A DNA stretch of 64,000 nucleotides from an uncultured bacterium (GTDB lineage Bacteria; Actinomycetota; Acidimicrobiia; Spongiisociales; UBA5794), in NCBI GenBank assembly GCA_963801165.1, contig CAWDDT010000011.1, forward strand, positions 256,001-320,000. The letters are read 5' to 3'. The notes beneath the pieces were generated by a model that ran no database searches, was not told where the DNA came from, and was given only the letters and a program-made list of their open reading frames with translations. Numbering within the stretch: position 1 is the stretch's first letter; the number at the start of each line of letters is the position of its first letter. Both the position numbers and the translations under genes were made by a program. This document shows positions 18,913 through 28,709 of the stretch, in pieces.

Positions 18913-20187
18913 ATGAGCGCCCAAGAGCCAGAGGTGGAAGAGAAACAGCAGTGGGAGGAGGAGCTCGCCCGCGTGGGTCTCGTCCGTCGCCTGCTGCGCG
19001 CCCGGCGCTGGTACGGGGCCGACTGGTGGTTCGTGGCCATCTCGGGCGTGATGGTGCTCGGATTCCTGATCGTCGCCTTCCTCCCCGGTCTGTTTGCGCG
19101 ATACGCACCAGACCAGCAAGTGGGACCACGCTTTCTCGCACCCGGCGCTCATCCGGCAGTCCCCATCCTCGTCGCTGCCTCCGGGTCGGGCTTGGTCAAC
19201 CTCGAAGACCTTGCTGTGGGACCGGATGCAGAGGTGTCCCGGCCAAAGGTGGCGGTGGTGCGCGGTTTGCCGACTGCGGGTGCGTTGCGGGAGCGCGCGC
19301 AGGTCATCGACGACCAACTCCAGGTGACCGGAGACCTCAGGCTGCGGCCGTCGATCGAACGCTACGACACGCTCGACGAAGCCCTGCAGGCGGTCGCCGA
19401 TGGCGACGTGGTGGCAGCGGTGGTGGGTTCGGACCTGTTCGACGCAGACGCCGCCAAGTTCCCAACCCTCGCCGCAGGCAACGACATCACCGGCGAGCAA
19501 GCCGCCGCCGGCGGCTTCTTGCTCGGAACCAACCAGATCGGCCAGGACCTCTTCAGCCGTCTGGTCTGGGGGACGCGGGTGGCACTGCTGATCGGGTTCG
19601 CCTCGGCGGGAGTGGCCCTGGTGGCCGGAGTTCCGTTGGGGCTCATCGCCGGATATGCGGGAGGGAAGCTCGACCGGCTGCTCACGCTGCTGATGGATAG
19701 CCTCTACGCCTTCCCCGGTTTGATCCTCGCCATCGCCATCACCGCGGTGCTCGGGCCTTCGATCCTCAACGTGATCGTTGCCATCGCCGTGCTCTACGTA
19801 CCCACCTACTACCGGATCGTGCGCGGCCAAACACTGTCGGTGAAAGAAGACGTGTATGTGGAGGCTGCGCAGTCCATTGGAGCTACGTCGGGGTCAATCC
19901 TGCGTCGCTACATCTACCCGAACGTCATCCCGTCGATTTCGATCATCTTCTCGGTGAACATCGCCGACGCCATCCTCACCGGCGCCGGCTTGTCCTTCCT
20001 GGGACTGGGGCTCCCGCCCAACACCGCCGACTGGGGCATCGACGTCGCCCGCGGTCAGGAGTTCATCCAATCTGCCTGGTGGCTCGTCACCTTCCCCGGC
20101 CTGGCGATCATGATGGTCGTGCTCGCCTTCACCATGATGGGTGAAGGATTGACCGAGATCCTCAACCCTAAGCTCAGGGATCGCTGA
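18913..20187 (+). CDS. Peptide ABC transporter permease (DppC/OppC-like) with an inserted extracellular domain
   Basis: LGTNQIGQDLFSRLVWG, YVEAAQSIGA, LSFLGLG and WWLVTFPG motifs, with a ~115-aa insertion before LGTN. Confidence 0.92.
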   Translation: MSAQEPEVEEKQQWEEELARVGLVRRLLRARRWYGADWWFVAISGVMVLGFLIVAFLPGLFARYAPDQQVGPRFLAPGAHPAVPILVAASGSGLVNLEDLAVGPDAEVSRPKVAVVRGLPTAGALRERAQVIDDQLQVTGDLRLRPSIERYDTLDEALQAVADGDVVAAVVGSDLFDADAAKFPTLAAGNDITGEQAAAGGFLLGTNQIGQDLFSRLVWGTRVALLIGFASAGVALVAGVPLGLIAGYAGGKLDRLLTLLMDSLYAFPGLILAIAITAVLGPSILNVIVAIAVLYVPTYYRIVRGQTLSVKEDVYVEAAQSIGATSGSILRRYIYPNVIPSISIIFSVNIADAILTGAGLSFLGLGLPPNTADWGIDVARGQEFIQSAWWLVTFPGLAIMMVVLAFTMMGEGLTEILNPKLRDR

Positions 20188-21185
20188 TGAGCTCTCCCCT
20201 CTACTCGATCAGGAACCTGACGGTCGAATACAAGACCCGCACCGGCCCGGCGCGTGCGGTCGACGACATCTCGCTCGACATCATGCGCGGGGAGATCCTG
20301 GGTCTGGTCGGGGAATCCGGCTGCGGGAAGTCCACCCTGGGCAAGGCGCTGATGCGGCTGCACACGGGGCCAGCCCGCATCACCGCCGGCGAACTGTGGT
20401 TCAACGACGAGAACTTGATGGAGCTGTCCTCCCGGAGGATGCGACAGCTTCGGGGCAGCAAGCTCGGGATGGTCTTCCAGGACCCGATGACCTCGCTGAA
20501 CCCGGTGCAGCGGGTCGTCGACCATCTCACCGAAACCATGCTGACCCACGAACCGGAGTGGACCAAGAAGGCAGCCCGGGAACGGGCCGAAGAGCTGGTG
20601 GAGAGACTGGGCATTCTGCCGGAGCGGATCGACGACTACCCACACCAGATGTCGGGCGGGATGCGGCAACGGGTGATGATCTCGCTGGCGATCGCCCTCA
20701 ACTGCGATCTAGTCATCGCCGACGAGCCCACCACATCACTCGACGTGATCGTTGAAGCGAAGTTCCTCGACCTGCTCAAGGAGCTGCAACGGGACTTCAA
20801 CCTGACGATCCTCCTCATCACGCACAATATCGGGGTGGTTGCCGAGGTCGCCGACCGGGTGGCGGTCATGTATGCGGGCAAGCTGGCCGAGGTGGGCGAC
20901 ACTTTCGAGGTCTTCGCTGCACCCCAACACCCGTACACCCAGGGTCTGCTGCGTTCCGTCCCCAACATCAAGCTGGACGGCGCCGAGCTGTACAAGATGG
21001 AGGGGACGCCGCCCAACCTGCTCCACCCCCCCAGCGGATGCCGTTTCCATCCCCGCTGCCCGAACGTGATGGACATCTGTTCCGTGCAGGAGCCGGGCTT
21101 CGACCCTCTGCATCCCGGAGACCCGCACCGGGTTGCCTGCTGGCTGTACGAGGAGCAACCGGTGAAGGTGGTGGGCGATGTCTGA
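20187..21185 (+). CDS. Peptide ABC transporter ATP-binding protein (DppD-like)
   Basis: GESGCGKS, MSGGMRQR, ADEPTT, HPYT and GCRFHPRC motifs. Confidence 0.95.
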   Translation: MSSPLYSIRNLTVEYKTRTGPARAVDDISLDIMRGEILGLVGESGCGKSTLGKALMRLHTGPARITAGELWFNDENLMELSSRRMRQLRGSKLGMVFQDPMTSLNPVQRVVDHLTETMLTHEPEWTKKAARERAEELVERLGILPERIDDYPHQMSGGMRQRVMISLAIALNCDLVIADEPTTSLDVIVEAKFLDLLKELQRDFNLTILLITHNIGVVAEVADRVAVMYAGKLAEVGDTFEVFAAPQHPYTQGLLRSVPNIKLDGAELYKMEGTPPNLLHPPSGCRFHPRCPNVMDICSVQEPGFDPLHPGDPHRVACWLYEEQPVKVVGDV

Positions 21186-22272
21186 CGCGATGATCGAGGC
21201 GACAGGAGTGACCGGTGGGCCGGCCCCCGACGGCGATGCGCTGGTCCAGGTCCGTGGTCTCGTCAAGCACTTTCCCCTCCAGAGCGGCTTCCTCGCCTCA
21301 CTGCTCAACCGGGGAGAAGTGCCGGCGGTGCAGGCAGTCGACGGGATCGACTTCGACATCCGCCGCGGCGAGGTGTTCGGTCTGGCGGGTGAATCGGGCT
21401 CGGGGAAGTCCACCGTGGGACGGCTCATCCTCAACCTGCTCGAGCCCACCGCAGGCCGCGTCAGCTTTGACGGCGTCGACCTCTCGACCCTGAGCGCAGG
21501 CGACATGCGGCGATTGCGCTCGCGGATGCAGGTCATCTTCCAGGACCCGCTCGCCTCGCTCAACCCGCGGATGACAATCGGTGAGACGATTGCCCATCCC
21601 TCCGAGATCCACCAGCCGGAGCTCAGCGCCGCCGAACGCCGCCGGGTGGTGTTCGAGATGCTCGACGCCGTCGGCATGTCTCCGCCGGACAACTTCGCCG
21701 ACAAGTACCCCCACCAGATCTCGGGCGGCCAGCGCCAGCGGGTAGTCATCGCCCGAGCTCTCGTGACCCGGCCCGACCTGATCGTCGCCGACGAGCCCAT
21801 CGCCATGGCCGATGTATCAGTACGGGCATTGCTCCTGGACCTAATGATGCGGCTCAAAGATGAGTTCGACCTCACCTACCTTTTCATCACTCACGACCTG
21901 GCCACCGCCAAGTACGTATGCGACCGCATCGCCGTCATGTACCTCGGCAAGATCGTCGAGGTGGGCCCACTCACCAGTGTCTACCGCGGGCCACTCCATC
22001 CTTACACTGAGGCGTTGCTGGATGCGGTGCCGGTACCCGATCCCCTTCACCGCCGGACCGAGCCGTTGCCACGCGGCGAGATCCCGAACCCTATCAATCC
22101 CCCACCCGGTTGCCGCTTTCATCCTCGGTGCCCTATCGCGGTCGCGGGCGTGTGCGATGCGGAGGAGCCGTATCTCGCCGGCCCCAACAGTGACGAAGGG
22201 CACCTGGCGGCGTGTCATCTGCGTACCGGGGCCCATCAGGATCTCGACTCGGCCCGGTTCCGGCCCGCATAG
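21178..22272 (+). CDS. Peptide ABC transporter ATP-binding protein (DppF-like)
   Basis: GESGSGKS, ISGGQRQR, ADEP, HPYT and GCRFHPRC motifs. Confidence 0.95.
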   Translation: MSDAMIEATGVTGGPAPDGDALVQVRGLVKHFPLQSGFLASLLNRGEVPAVQAVDGIDFDIRRGEVFGLAGESGSGKSTVGRLILNLLEPTAGRVSFDGVDLSTLSAGDMRRLRSRMQVIFQDPLASLNPRMTIGETIAHPSEIHQPELSAAERRRVVFEMLDAVGMSPPDNFADKYPHQISGGQRQRVVIARALVTRPDLIVADEPIAMADVSVRALLLDLMMRLKDEFDLTYLFITHDLATAKYVCDRIAVMYLGKIVEVGPLTSVYRGPLHPYTEALLDAVPVPDPLHRRTEPLPRGEIPNPINPPPGCRFHPRCPIAVAGVCDAEEPYLAGPNSDEGHLAACHLRTGAHQDLDSARFRPA

Positions 22273-22281
22273 ACAGGCCGC

Positions 22282-23628
22282 TCACCACGCCAGGTTGTCC
22301 ACGAAGCCATCTACGGCGACCTTGTCACCGGTTGGGCTTATCAGGCTGCCGTCCGTGGTGATGAGCGCGTCCCCGTTCCTGCTCACCGCGATGCCGGTGA
22401 CCCATCCGTCGACCGGCAGTGTGCTGGTCGCGCCATCGTCGCTCCGGGCGACCTGTTCGACCGTCGAGCGATCATTGCCATAGTCGATGAACCACATGCT
22501 GTCGGCAGTGACTGCTGCAAGATTCGATGCCCGGGACGGGTACTCGACGGCGGCGGAGTCCAGCGCCGTCGTTGCGTCGTACCGGATTCTCCGCACCGAT
22601 CCGTCGACAAGTGACGCCAGGAGGTCCCCATCGGTTGCCGGATCCCAGAATACAGCAGTGACACCCTGCGGGTCGTCATAGGTGGTCGGCGGTGTTCCGG
22701 GACGGAGCACGTACTCGGGCGTGGAGTCGCCGTCGGTGAGGTCGTACACCTCGACCTGGCTGCCGGGTGTGATGACCCACCCGCCCACCTCCGGATCCGG
22801 ATAACACTGCGAGGCAGCCACAATCGCAAGCCACCTTCCGTCCGGCGATATCGCCGGATCCCAGCCATCGGAGAAGGTCTCCTCGACACCCGTGCCCAAA
22901 TCGAGCCGCCGGATCTCGCCGCGGTCGCTGTCACACGAGTACCAGGAGTCCTCCCAACCCAGGCCAAAGAAGAGCTCCCCTCCATCTGCGGTCAAGTTGA
23001 AGCGCGTCGGGAACTCGCCCTCATCGTGGAAGTTGCGGTCGAAGGTCGCCAGGACCTCGCCGGTGACGACATCAAGCGCCACCAGCCGCCCGTTGACCTG
23101 GGCGAGCGCCGCTCCCTGGTCGAGCAGTTGCGCAAAGCTGTAGCCGAGGTAGCGGGGGTAACACGCGAGCGACGAGTCGAGATCCTGTGGGCACCCCAGG
23201 CCGGCTTCGGACCGGCTGCCCCACTCGCCCGAGTACACCACCCAATATCCGTGATTCAGCGACGGGTAGTCATCGGAGAGGAACACAGCACCTCCGTCGA
23301 TAGTCGCGGAGAGCGCTTCAGCTTCGGTTCGGTCATGTGTCGTCGTGTCGAGCGATGCATAGATGAGCGTCCACGCATCCCACGGTCCCGCAGACGGCGT
23401 GGCCGCAACAGCAGGAGTCGTCGTTGTCGTGGAGTTGGTGGTCGTGGAGGTCGTCGGCGCCGTAGCGGTTGCCGTGATGACTGAGGTCGTTGTGGTAACC
23501 GGGCTGGCCGCCACCGCTGTTGTCGTCGGGGTGGTTGCGGGCGTCGTGGCCGCTCCTACCTCGGGATCGGTACAGCCGCTCAGTGCCACCAATACCGCCA
23601 GGAGCCCGATCGTCCCGCCCCGTCTCAT
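22282..23628 (-). CDS. Secreted lipoprotein with a Thr-rich linker, a SPOR-like small domain and TolB/PD40-like propeller repeats
   Basis: Lipobox LSGC, SDDYPSLNHGYWVVYSG and PAISPDGRWLA. Start reset to ATG 23628. Confidence 0.65.
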   Translation of the reverse strand: MRRGGTIGLLAVLVALSGCTDPEVGAATTPATTPTTTAVAASPVTTTTSVITATATAPTTSTTTNSTTTTTPAVAATPSAGPWDAWTLIYASLDTTTHDRTEAEALSATIDGGAVFLSDDYPSLNHGYWVVYSGEWGSRSEAGLGCPQDLDSSLACYPRYLGYSFAQLLDQGAALAQVNGRLVALDVVTGEVLATFDRNFHDEGEFPTRFNLTADGGELFFGLGWEDSWYSCDSDRGEIRRLDLGTGVEETFSDGWDPAISPDGRWLAIVAASQCYPDPEVGGWVITPGSQVEVYDLTDGDSTPEYVLRPGTPPTTYDDPQGVTAVFWDPATDGDLLASLVDGSVRRIRYDATTALDSAAVEYPSRASNLAAVTADSMWFIDYGNDRSTVEQVARSDDGATSTLPVDGWVTGIAVSRNGDALITTDGSLISPTGDKVAVDGFVDNLAW

Positions 23629-23724
23629 CACCGCCGCCTCTCTCGATCGGAACATTCTCCGACTCGTGACAACAACGTCCGGGGTGCGATGGACCGTTCC
23701 CGCGTCCGACCGGGAGTGCCCGGG

Positions 23725-24537
23725 TCAGACGAGATGGTAAGAGGTTCTTCGTGCGCCCCGCTCGGCGCGGATCATTCCCTGACCTTCGAGCTCCAGCAGG
23801 GTCGCTTGCACCTGGACCGGACCTACGAAGGGACCGCGACCGAACCGCAACCGCAGATCATCGAGGATCGTGAAGCCGTCTGCATGGCCGGTGCGTGCCA
23901 GCGCGTCGACAACCCCGCGTTCCAGATCGGGCGACTCGACGTGACCGAGCAGCCCCGTGACTGCCCGCCCGATCACGGTCCCCCAGCCGAGCAGCAAGCG
24001 GGGACCGACGAGCCAGAACATGAGGCTGATGGGAACGAACAGGAGCGATTCTGCGACCGTGTCGATTGTCAACGACCCGATCTCGGTCCGGGCACCGAGG
24101 GAGACCAGAACCGGCTGGGCGAAGCCGGCCACCATCAACCAGACGATGGTCACAGCCACTGTGAAGCCGATCACGCCGAGGGGGAGAGCGAGCAGTGCGA
24201 ACCACAACTCACCAGCCGCGGCGGGCCGGGTGAGCAGGCTCCGCAGCCGCTGCCAGAAAACGCCGCCCCCGGGAGACGGTCCCGATATCGAGCGGGGCAT
24301 CGGCGCATCGAGCAGCGTCCAGGCCAGCCGGCGCTCCAGCCGGGCAAAGGAGGCGGCGAACAGCAGCGTGACCACCAACACCGGTATCCCGGCCAGCGTT
24401 ACCAGCAGCCCGGCTCCCGCCGCCAGTCCGGTAACGACGATGGTGAACCCGACGACCCCCAGCGGCAGCGCCAGCAACAGATAGGCCAGACTCGTGTAGG
24501 TGCGGCTATCGACGTAGGCGTCCAACAACCAGCGCAT
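23725..24537 (-). CDS. Putative sensor-domain (PF13796-like) membrane protein with a C-terminal winged-helix-like segment
   Basis: YLLLALPLGVVGF...LVTLAGIPVL...ERRLAWTLL is typical of the actinobacterial sensor domain; there is no kinase domain. Confidence 0.75.
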   Translation of the reverse strand: MRWLLDAYVDSRTYTSLAYLLLALPLGVVGFTIVVTGLAAGAGLLVTLAGIPVLVVTLLFAASFARLERRLAWTLLDAPMPRSISGPSPGGGVFWQRLRSLLTRPAAAGELWFALLALPLGVIGFTVAVTIVWLMVAGFAQPVLVSLGARTEIGSLTIDTVAESLLFVPISLMFWLVGPRLLLGWGTVIGRAVTGLLGHVESPDLERGVVDALARTGHADGFTILDDLRLRFGRGPFVGPVQVQATLLELEGQGMIRAERGARRTSYHLV

Positions 24538-24875
24538 CAGGGTGACACCGGCCGGCGGGCCGCGGCCAGTGCGGTCGTGCCGAGTAGCAGCGGGATCAAC
24601 ACGCCATAGCTGAGCGAGCCGACCGCTGTCACCGCGAGGGTGACCACATGGACAACCGCAGAGACAGCAACCTGCCAGGAGGACAACACCGCTCCGACCA
24701 ACCCCGCCTCCACCCGAACCGGCGCCGCACCCAAGATCATCAACCGCCTAACACCCGATGCCGGCAAGTCCGCGATGGAGACGAGAACGACGACTGCCAA
24801 CACCAGAATCGGCAGACGGACGGTCCTCGCCGTGAGGGTGCGGCTGGTTGCAGGGGGTTCGGGCTGCGGGCTCAT
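24537..24875 (-). CDS. Small hypothetical membrane protein
   Basis: ATGA-coupled to the 2TM gene (start 24875) and TGATG-coupled to the sensor gene; hydrophobic. Confidence 0.5.
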   Translation of the reverse strand: MSPQPEPPATSRTLTARTVRLPILVLAVVVLVSIADLPASGVRRLMILGAAPVRVEAGLVGAVLSSWQVAVSAVVHVVTLAVTAVGSLSYGVLIPLLLGTTALAAARRPVSP

Positions 24876-25150
24876 TGCGGCTTGTCCCCGCTCCGTGCCT
24901 CTCGCTCGAGCATGATCTGCTCGGGAGTCCGCACCACGAAGGCGAACACGGCGTGCGCTGCCACCAGGGTGCCCCAGCCAAACAGCGGGAAGATGAACCA
25001 CGGATAGGTGGCAGAGCTGAGGGCCCACACTATGGCCAGAAACACCTGGATGACGGCGAAGACCGCAAAGTGCAACCAGAACCATTGGCGGCGGGCAATG
25101 CGCCTCGCCTCGCTTTCCCGGTTGGCAAGCTCGGCAAACTCATCCATCAT
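24872..25150 (-). CDS. 2TM domain protein (PF13239-like)
   Basis: FWLHFAVFAVI...YPWFIFPLFGWGTLVAAH motif. Confidence 0.82.
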   Translation of the reverse strand: MMDEFAELANRESEARRIARRQWFWLHFAVFAVIQVFLAIVWALSSATYPWFIFPLFGWGTLVAAHAVFAFVVRTPEQIMLEREARSGDKPQ

Positions 25151-25608
25151 TCTTCTCCTTCTTTGAGTGCTTGCTCGATCTCGGCGCCCGTCCGCTCGAG
25201 GATCGATTCGATTCGGGCTCGTTCGGCTTCACCGGCGAGACGGCGCCGTATGGGGAGACGGGAGGCGAAGTCGTCGAGGAGGGTCCCGACGGCGACCCGG
25301 TCCTCACCGGCCTCCGCTCGTGCCTCCAATGACGCCCAGCGTCCTGCGGAACCGGCTTTCTCTGCGGCGGCGAGCCCCGCCTCGGTCAGCCGGTAGATAC
25401 GGGTTCCGTCACTTTCATTGGTGGTGACGTGGCCCGTTTCGACCAGGGCCAGCAATGCCGGGTAAATAGCACCCGGACTGGGCTTCCACCCGCCACCGAC
25501 CCTCGTCTGCAGCTCGCTCATGATGGCGTAGCCGTGGGCCTCACCGAGGTCCCTGAGGACCACGGCAATGGCTATCTTCAGCTCGCCTCGTTTGAACACT
25601 CGACTCAT
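25147..25608 (-). CDS. PadR family transcriptional regulator
   Basis: RGELKIAI, HGYAIM, WKPSPGAIYPAL and RIYRLTEAG motifs. Confidence 0.93.
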   Translation of the reverse strand: MSRVFKRGELKIAIAVVLRDLGEAHGYAIMSELQTRVGGGWKPSPGAIYPALLALVETGHVTTNESDGTRIYRLTEAGLAAAEKAGSAGRWASLEARAEAGEDRVAVGTLLDDFASRLPIRRRLAGEAERARIESILERTGAEIEQALKEGEE

Positions 25609-25647
25609 AACGTAAGTTACGTTAAATGAAAACGTAACTTACGTCAA
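25609..25647 (-). promoter_or_regulatory. padR promoter with a double-palindrome operator
   Basis: Perfect 14-bp inverted repeat acgtaagttacgtt(25610-25623)-N7-aacgtaacttacgt(25631-25644). On the minus strand TTGACG-17bp-TAACGT lies directly before the ATG. Confidence 0.78.
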
Positions 25648-25747
25648 GAGGAAGATGTGACCTAACCGAAGACGATTGTGGAAGCACTGCCCGAAGCCGC
25701 GGTGGGTACTGGCCGGCATCGAATTAATGCGCCGTAACATCCAGGCG

Positions 25748-27544
25748 ATGCGAGCAATGCGGCGCCCACCGATACAAACCACCGAGAAACAGCCCAGACT
25801 CAACCGCGACCAGATGACGCAGATCAGACGCCTGTTCGTCTTTGCCCGGCCCTACAGAGCAAAGATCCTGTGGGCGACGCTGGCGGTCGTCTTCTCCAGC
25901 GCGCTCGGTCTGGTGTTCCCACGCATCATGGGCGACCTCGTCGACTCCGCCCTCGGAAAGATCGATGGAGCGAACAACGCGTCTCTCGACAGATACGCCC
26001 TCATTCTCGTCGGTGTGTTCCTACTCCAGGCCATATTCAACTTCATCCGCACCTACTGGCTGTCCGTGGCCGGGGAAGGCGTCGTCGCCGATCTTCGCCG
26101 ATCGGTGTTCGATCGGGTGATCCGGCTGGGAGTCCCTTTCTTCGATCAGCGCAAGACAGGGGAGATCACCTCCCGACTGACCGCAGATGCCGCTGTCGTC
26201 CAGCAGACCGTCTCCACCGCGGTGGCGCAGGCCCTCGGCCAGGCCATCACGCTGATCGGCGGGGTCATTCTGCTGTTCATGCTGAGCTTCCGTCTCTCGC
26301 TGACGGTGCTGATCGTGGTTCCCGTCGCCGTAATCGCCGCGTTCGTCTTCGGACGGAAGCTTCGCCGTATCTCGACCGCGTTCCAGGATCGGCTGGCGAT
26401 TGCCAACAGCCTCGCCGAGGAAGCCATCTCTTCGGTCAGGGTTGTCAAGTGGTTCACCGCCGAGGAGGAAACGGCCCGGCTGTACGACCGCGACATCAGA
26501 GAGTCGTATGCGATTGCCGTACGCCGGGCCCGGGTGCGTGCCGTGTTCGTGCCTTCTGTGACCTTTGCGATGTTCAGCACCCTCGCACTCGTTCTGTGGC
26601 AGGGCGGGCATCAGGTGATTGCAGGCAACCTTACGGCCGGCAACCTCGTGACATTCCTGCTGTACTCCCTGACCGTGGCCGGAGCAGTGGGTACGTTCAC
26701 CGGCCTCTATGCGCAGCTCCAGGAAGCGCTAGGTGCCTCGCGCCGGATCTTCGAGCTCCTGGACGAGCCGCCCGAGGTGGCTGCCGTCAGCGAGACTGTA
26801 AACCCGGAGCCGGTAGGCACGGTCGCCTTCGAGGATGTCCACTTCTCATATGCCGGGCGGGAGCAAGAGGTCCTGAGCGGTATCAACCTCGAGGTCGGTA
26901 AGGGAGAGGTCGTCGCCCTCGTCGGGCCTTCGGGAGCGGGCAAGACGACCATGGTGCAGCTGATCCCTCGCTTCTACGATGTCGTCTCGGGCCGCGTTGT
27001 AGTCGATGGTGTCGACGTCCGCGACCAGGACATCGATCAGCTCCGGGACCGGATGGCGGCGGTCCCCCAGGAAATCGAGTTGTTCTCCGGGACCATCGCC
27101 GAGAACCTGCGGGTGGCCAAAGCGGAGGCGACCGAAACCGAGCTGGTAGAGACGTGCCGCGCCGCAAACGCCCACGAGTTCATCATGAGTTTCCCCGAGG
27201 GATACGACACCATCGTTGGCGAACGAGGCATAAAGCTCTCCGGGGGGCAACGGCAGCGGGTTGCCATAGCCAGGGCGTTGCTGGCCGATCCCAAGCTGCT
27301 GATACTCGACGAGGCGACCAGCTCACTGGACGCCGAATCCGAGGCGCTGGTCCAGGCCGCTCTCGAGGTGTTGATGCGCGACCGCACCACGGTGGTCATC
27401 GCCCATCGGCTGAGCACCGTCCGTCGCGCTGACCGCCTCGTCGTACTGGCCGAAGGGCGGATCATCGAGGAGGGAAACCACGACGAGCTCGTCGCCAAGA
27501 AGGGCCTCTATTCGCAGCTCTACGGACGCCAGCTACAGACCTAG
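25748..27544 (+). CDS. ABC exporter, fused permease/ATPase (MdlB/MsbA-like)
   Basis: 6 TM helices, GEITSRL, GPSGAGKT, LSGGQRQR, LDEATSSLD and IAHRLST. Start position uncertain. Confidence 0.92.
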   Translation: MRAMRRPPIQTTEKQPRLNRDQMTQIRRLFVFARPYRAKILWATLAVVFSSALGLVFPRIMGDLVDSALGKIDGANNASLDRYALILVGVFLLQAIFNFIRTYWLSVAGEGVVADLRRSVFDRVIRLGVPFFDQRKTGEITSRLTADAAVVQQTVSTAVAQALGQAITLIGGVILLFMLSFRLSLTVLIVVPVAVIAAFVFGRKLRRISTAFQDRLAIANSLAEEAISSVRVVKWFTAEEETARLYDRDIRESYAIAVRRARVRAVFVPSVTFAMFSTLALVLWQGGHQVIAGNLTAGNLVTFLLYSLTVAGAVGTFTGLYAQLQEALGASRRIFELLDEPPEVAAVSETVNPEPVGTVAFEDVHFSYAGREQEVLSGINLEVGKGEVVALVGPSGAGKTTMVQLIPRFYDVVSGRVVVDGVDVRDQDIDQLRDRMAAVPQEIELFSGTIAENLRVAKAEATETELVETCRAANAHEFIMSFPEGYDTIVGERGIKLSGGQRQRVAIARALLADPKLLILDEATSSLDAESEALVQAALEVLMRDRTTVVIAHRLSTVRRADRLVVLAEGRIIEEGNHDELVAKKGLYSQLYGRQLQT

Positions 27545-28446
27545 CGGCCGGTCACCCAGTCGCCTGCCTTGCCCAGCGCCGAGGGGAGCTCCTTGCCCAG
27601 CCGATCTCCGAGCCAATGCCCGGTCTCGATGAGCAGCCTCAGGTCGAGACCAGTGTCGTAACCCATCCGATGCAGCGTGTAAACGACATCCTCGGTGGCC
27701 ACATTGCCCGTGGCATTGGGGGCGTACGGGCAGCCGCCGGTCCCCCCGACCGATGCGTCGATCACCCGCACACCCGCGGCGACCGCAGCAACCACGTTGG
27801 CGATGCCCGTGTTCCGGGTGTCATGGAAGTGACAGCGCAAGGTAGCGCTGCCGGCTACCTGCCGAACCGCCGCGATCCGCCCGGCAACGTCGCTCGGCAC
27901 GGCAACACCGATCGTGTCCCCGAGTGCAATCTCTCCAGCACCGGCTGTGGCGCTGCGACCGGCAAGCTCGGCAACCGCCCCAATGGCGACCTCTCCGTCA
28001 TACGGGCACCCGAACGCCACCGATATGGTCACGGTCGTCTGCCGCCCCGCGCGGTGTGCGGTCGGTATCATCGCCTCGATCGCTTTCATCGTGTCCTCGA
28101 CCGCCGAGTTCTGGTTGGCCCGGTTGAAACCCTCGCTGGCACCGACAACGAAGTTGATCTCATCGACGTCGGTGACCAAAGCCCTATCCAACCCGCGCTC
28201 GTTGAGCACGAGCCCGATGCGGGACATGCCGGCAGCTCCCGGCACGCCGGCGAGCACCGCCTCCGCGTCCGCCATCTGTGGCACCAAGCCGGGGTGAACG
28301 AAGGACGCTGCCTCTACCCGGGATGCCCCCGCAGCCGCCACGCGTCGGATCAGCTCGACCTTGTCGGCGGTCGACACCAGGGTGGTCTCGTTCTGCAAAC
28401 CGTCCCTGGGTCCCACCTCCACGACATGAATTGTTTCCACCGACAT
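27541..28446 (-). CDS. Hydroxymethylglutaryl-CoA lyase
   Basis: EVGPRDGLQNE, VPQMADA, AFGCPY, HFHDTR and GGCPYAPNATGNVATED motifs. Confidence 0.93.
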   Translation of the reverse strand: MSVETIHVVEVGPRDGLQNETTLVSTADKVELIRRVAAAGASRVEAASFVHPGLVPQMADAEAVLAGVPGAAGMSRIGLVLNERGLDRALVTDVDEINFVVGASEGFNRANQNSAVEDTMKAIEAMIPTAHRAGRQTTVTISVAFGCPYDGEVAIGAVAELAGRSATAGAGEIALGDTIGVAVPSDVAGRIAAVRQVAGSATLRCHFHDTRNTGIANVVAAVAAGVRVIDASVGGTGGCPYAPNATGNVATEDVVYTLHRMGYDTGLDLRLLIETGHWLGDRLGKELPSALGKAGDWVTGR

Positions 28447-28709
28447 GTAACGCAGCGTAGCGACGAGGTGACGATTCGGAGGGAACTAGTCACCTGCCGC
28501 CACTCTCCGCATTCGCGTGACCACGAAAATGACTAGTCCATCCTGAGTCAACTAAAACCCTCCTACCGGCCATACCCATTCCTCATTACTGTCAGAACTG
28601 TTGGACGCCCGGCCAAGGGCGCCAAGTACAGGGCCAGTTGGGAACCAAGGGGGTTCGAGACGATGACTGTTTGCTTGCGTGACGGGGCCAGAACTCGAGG
28701 GGGTCGAAT

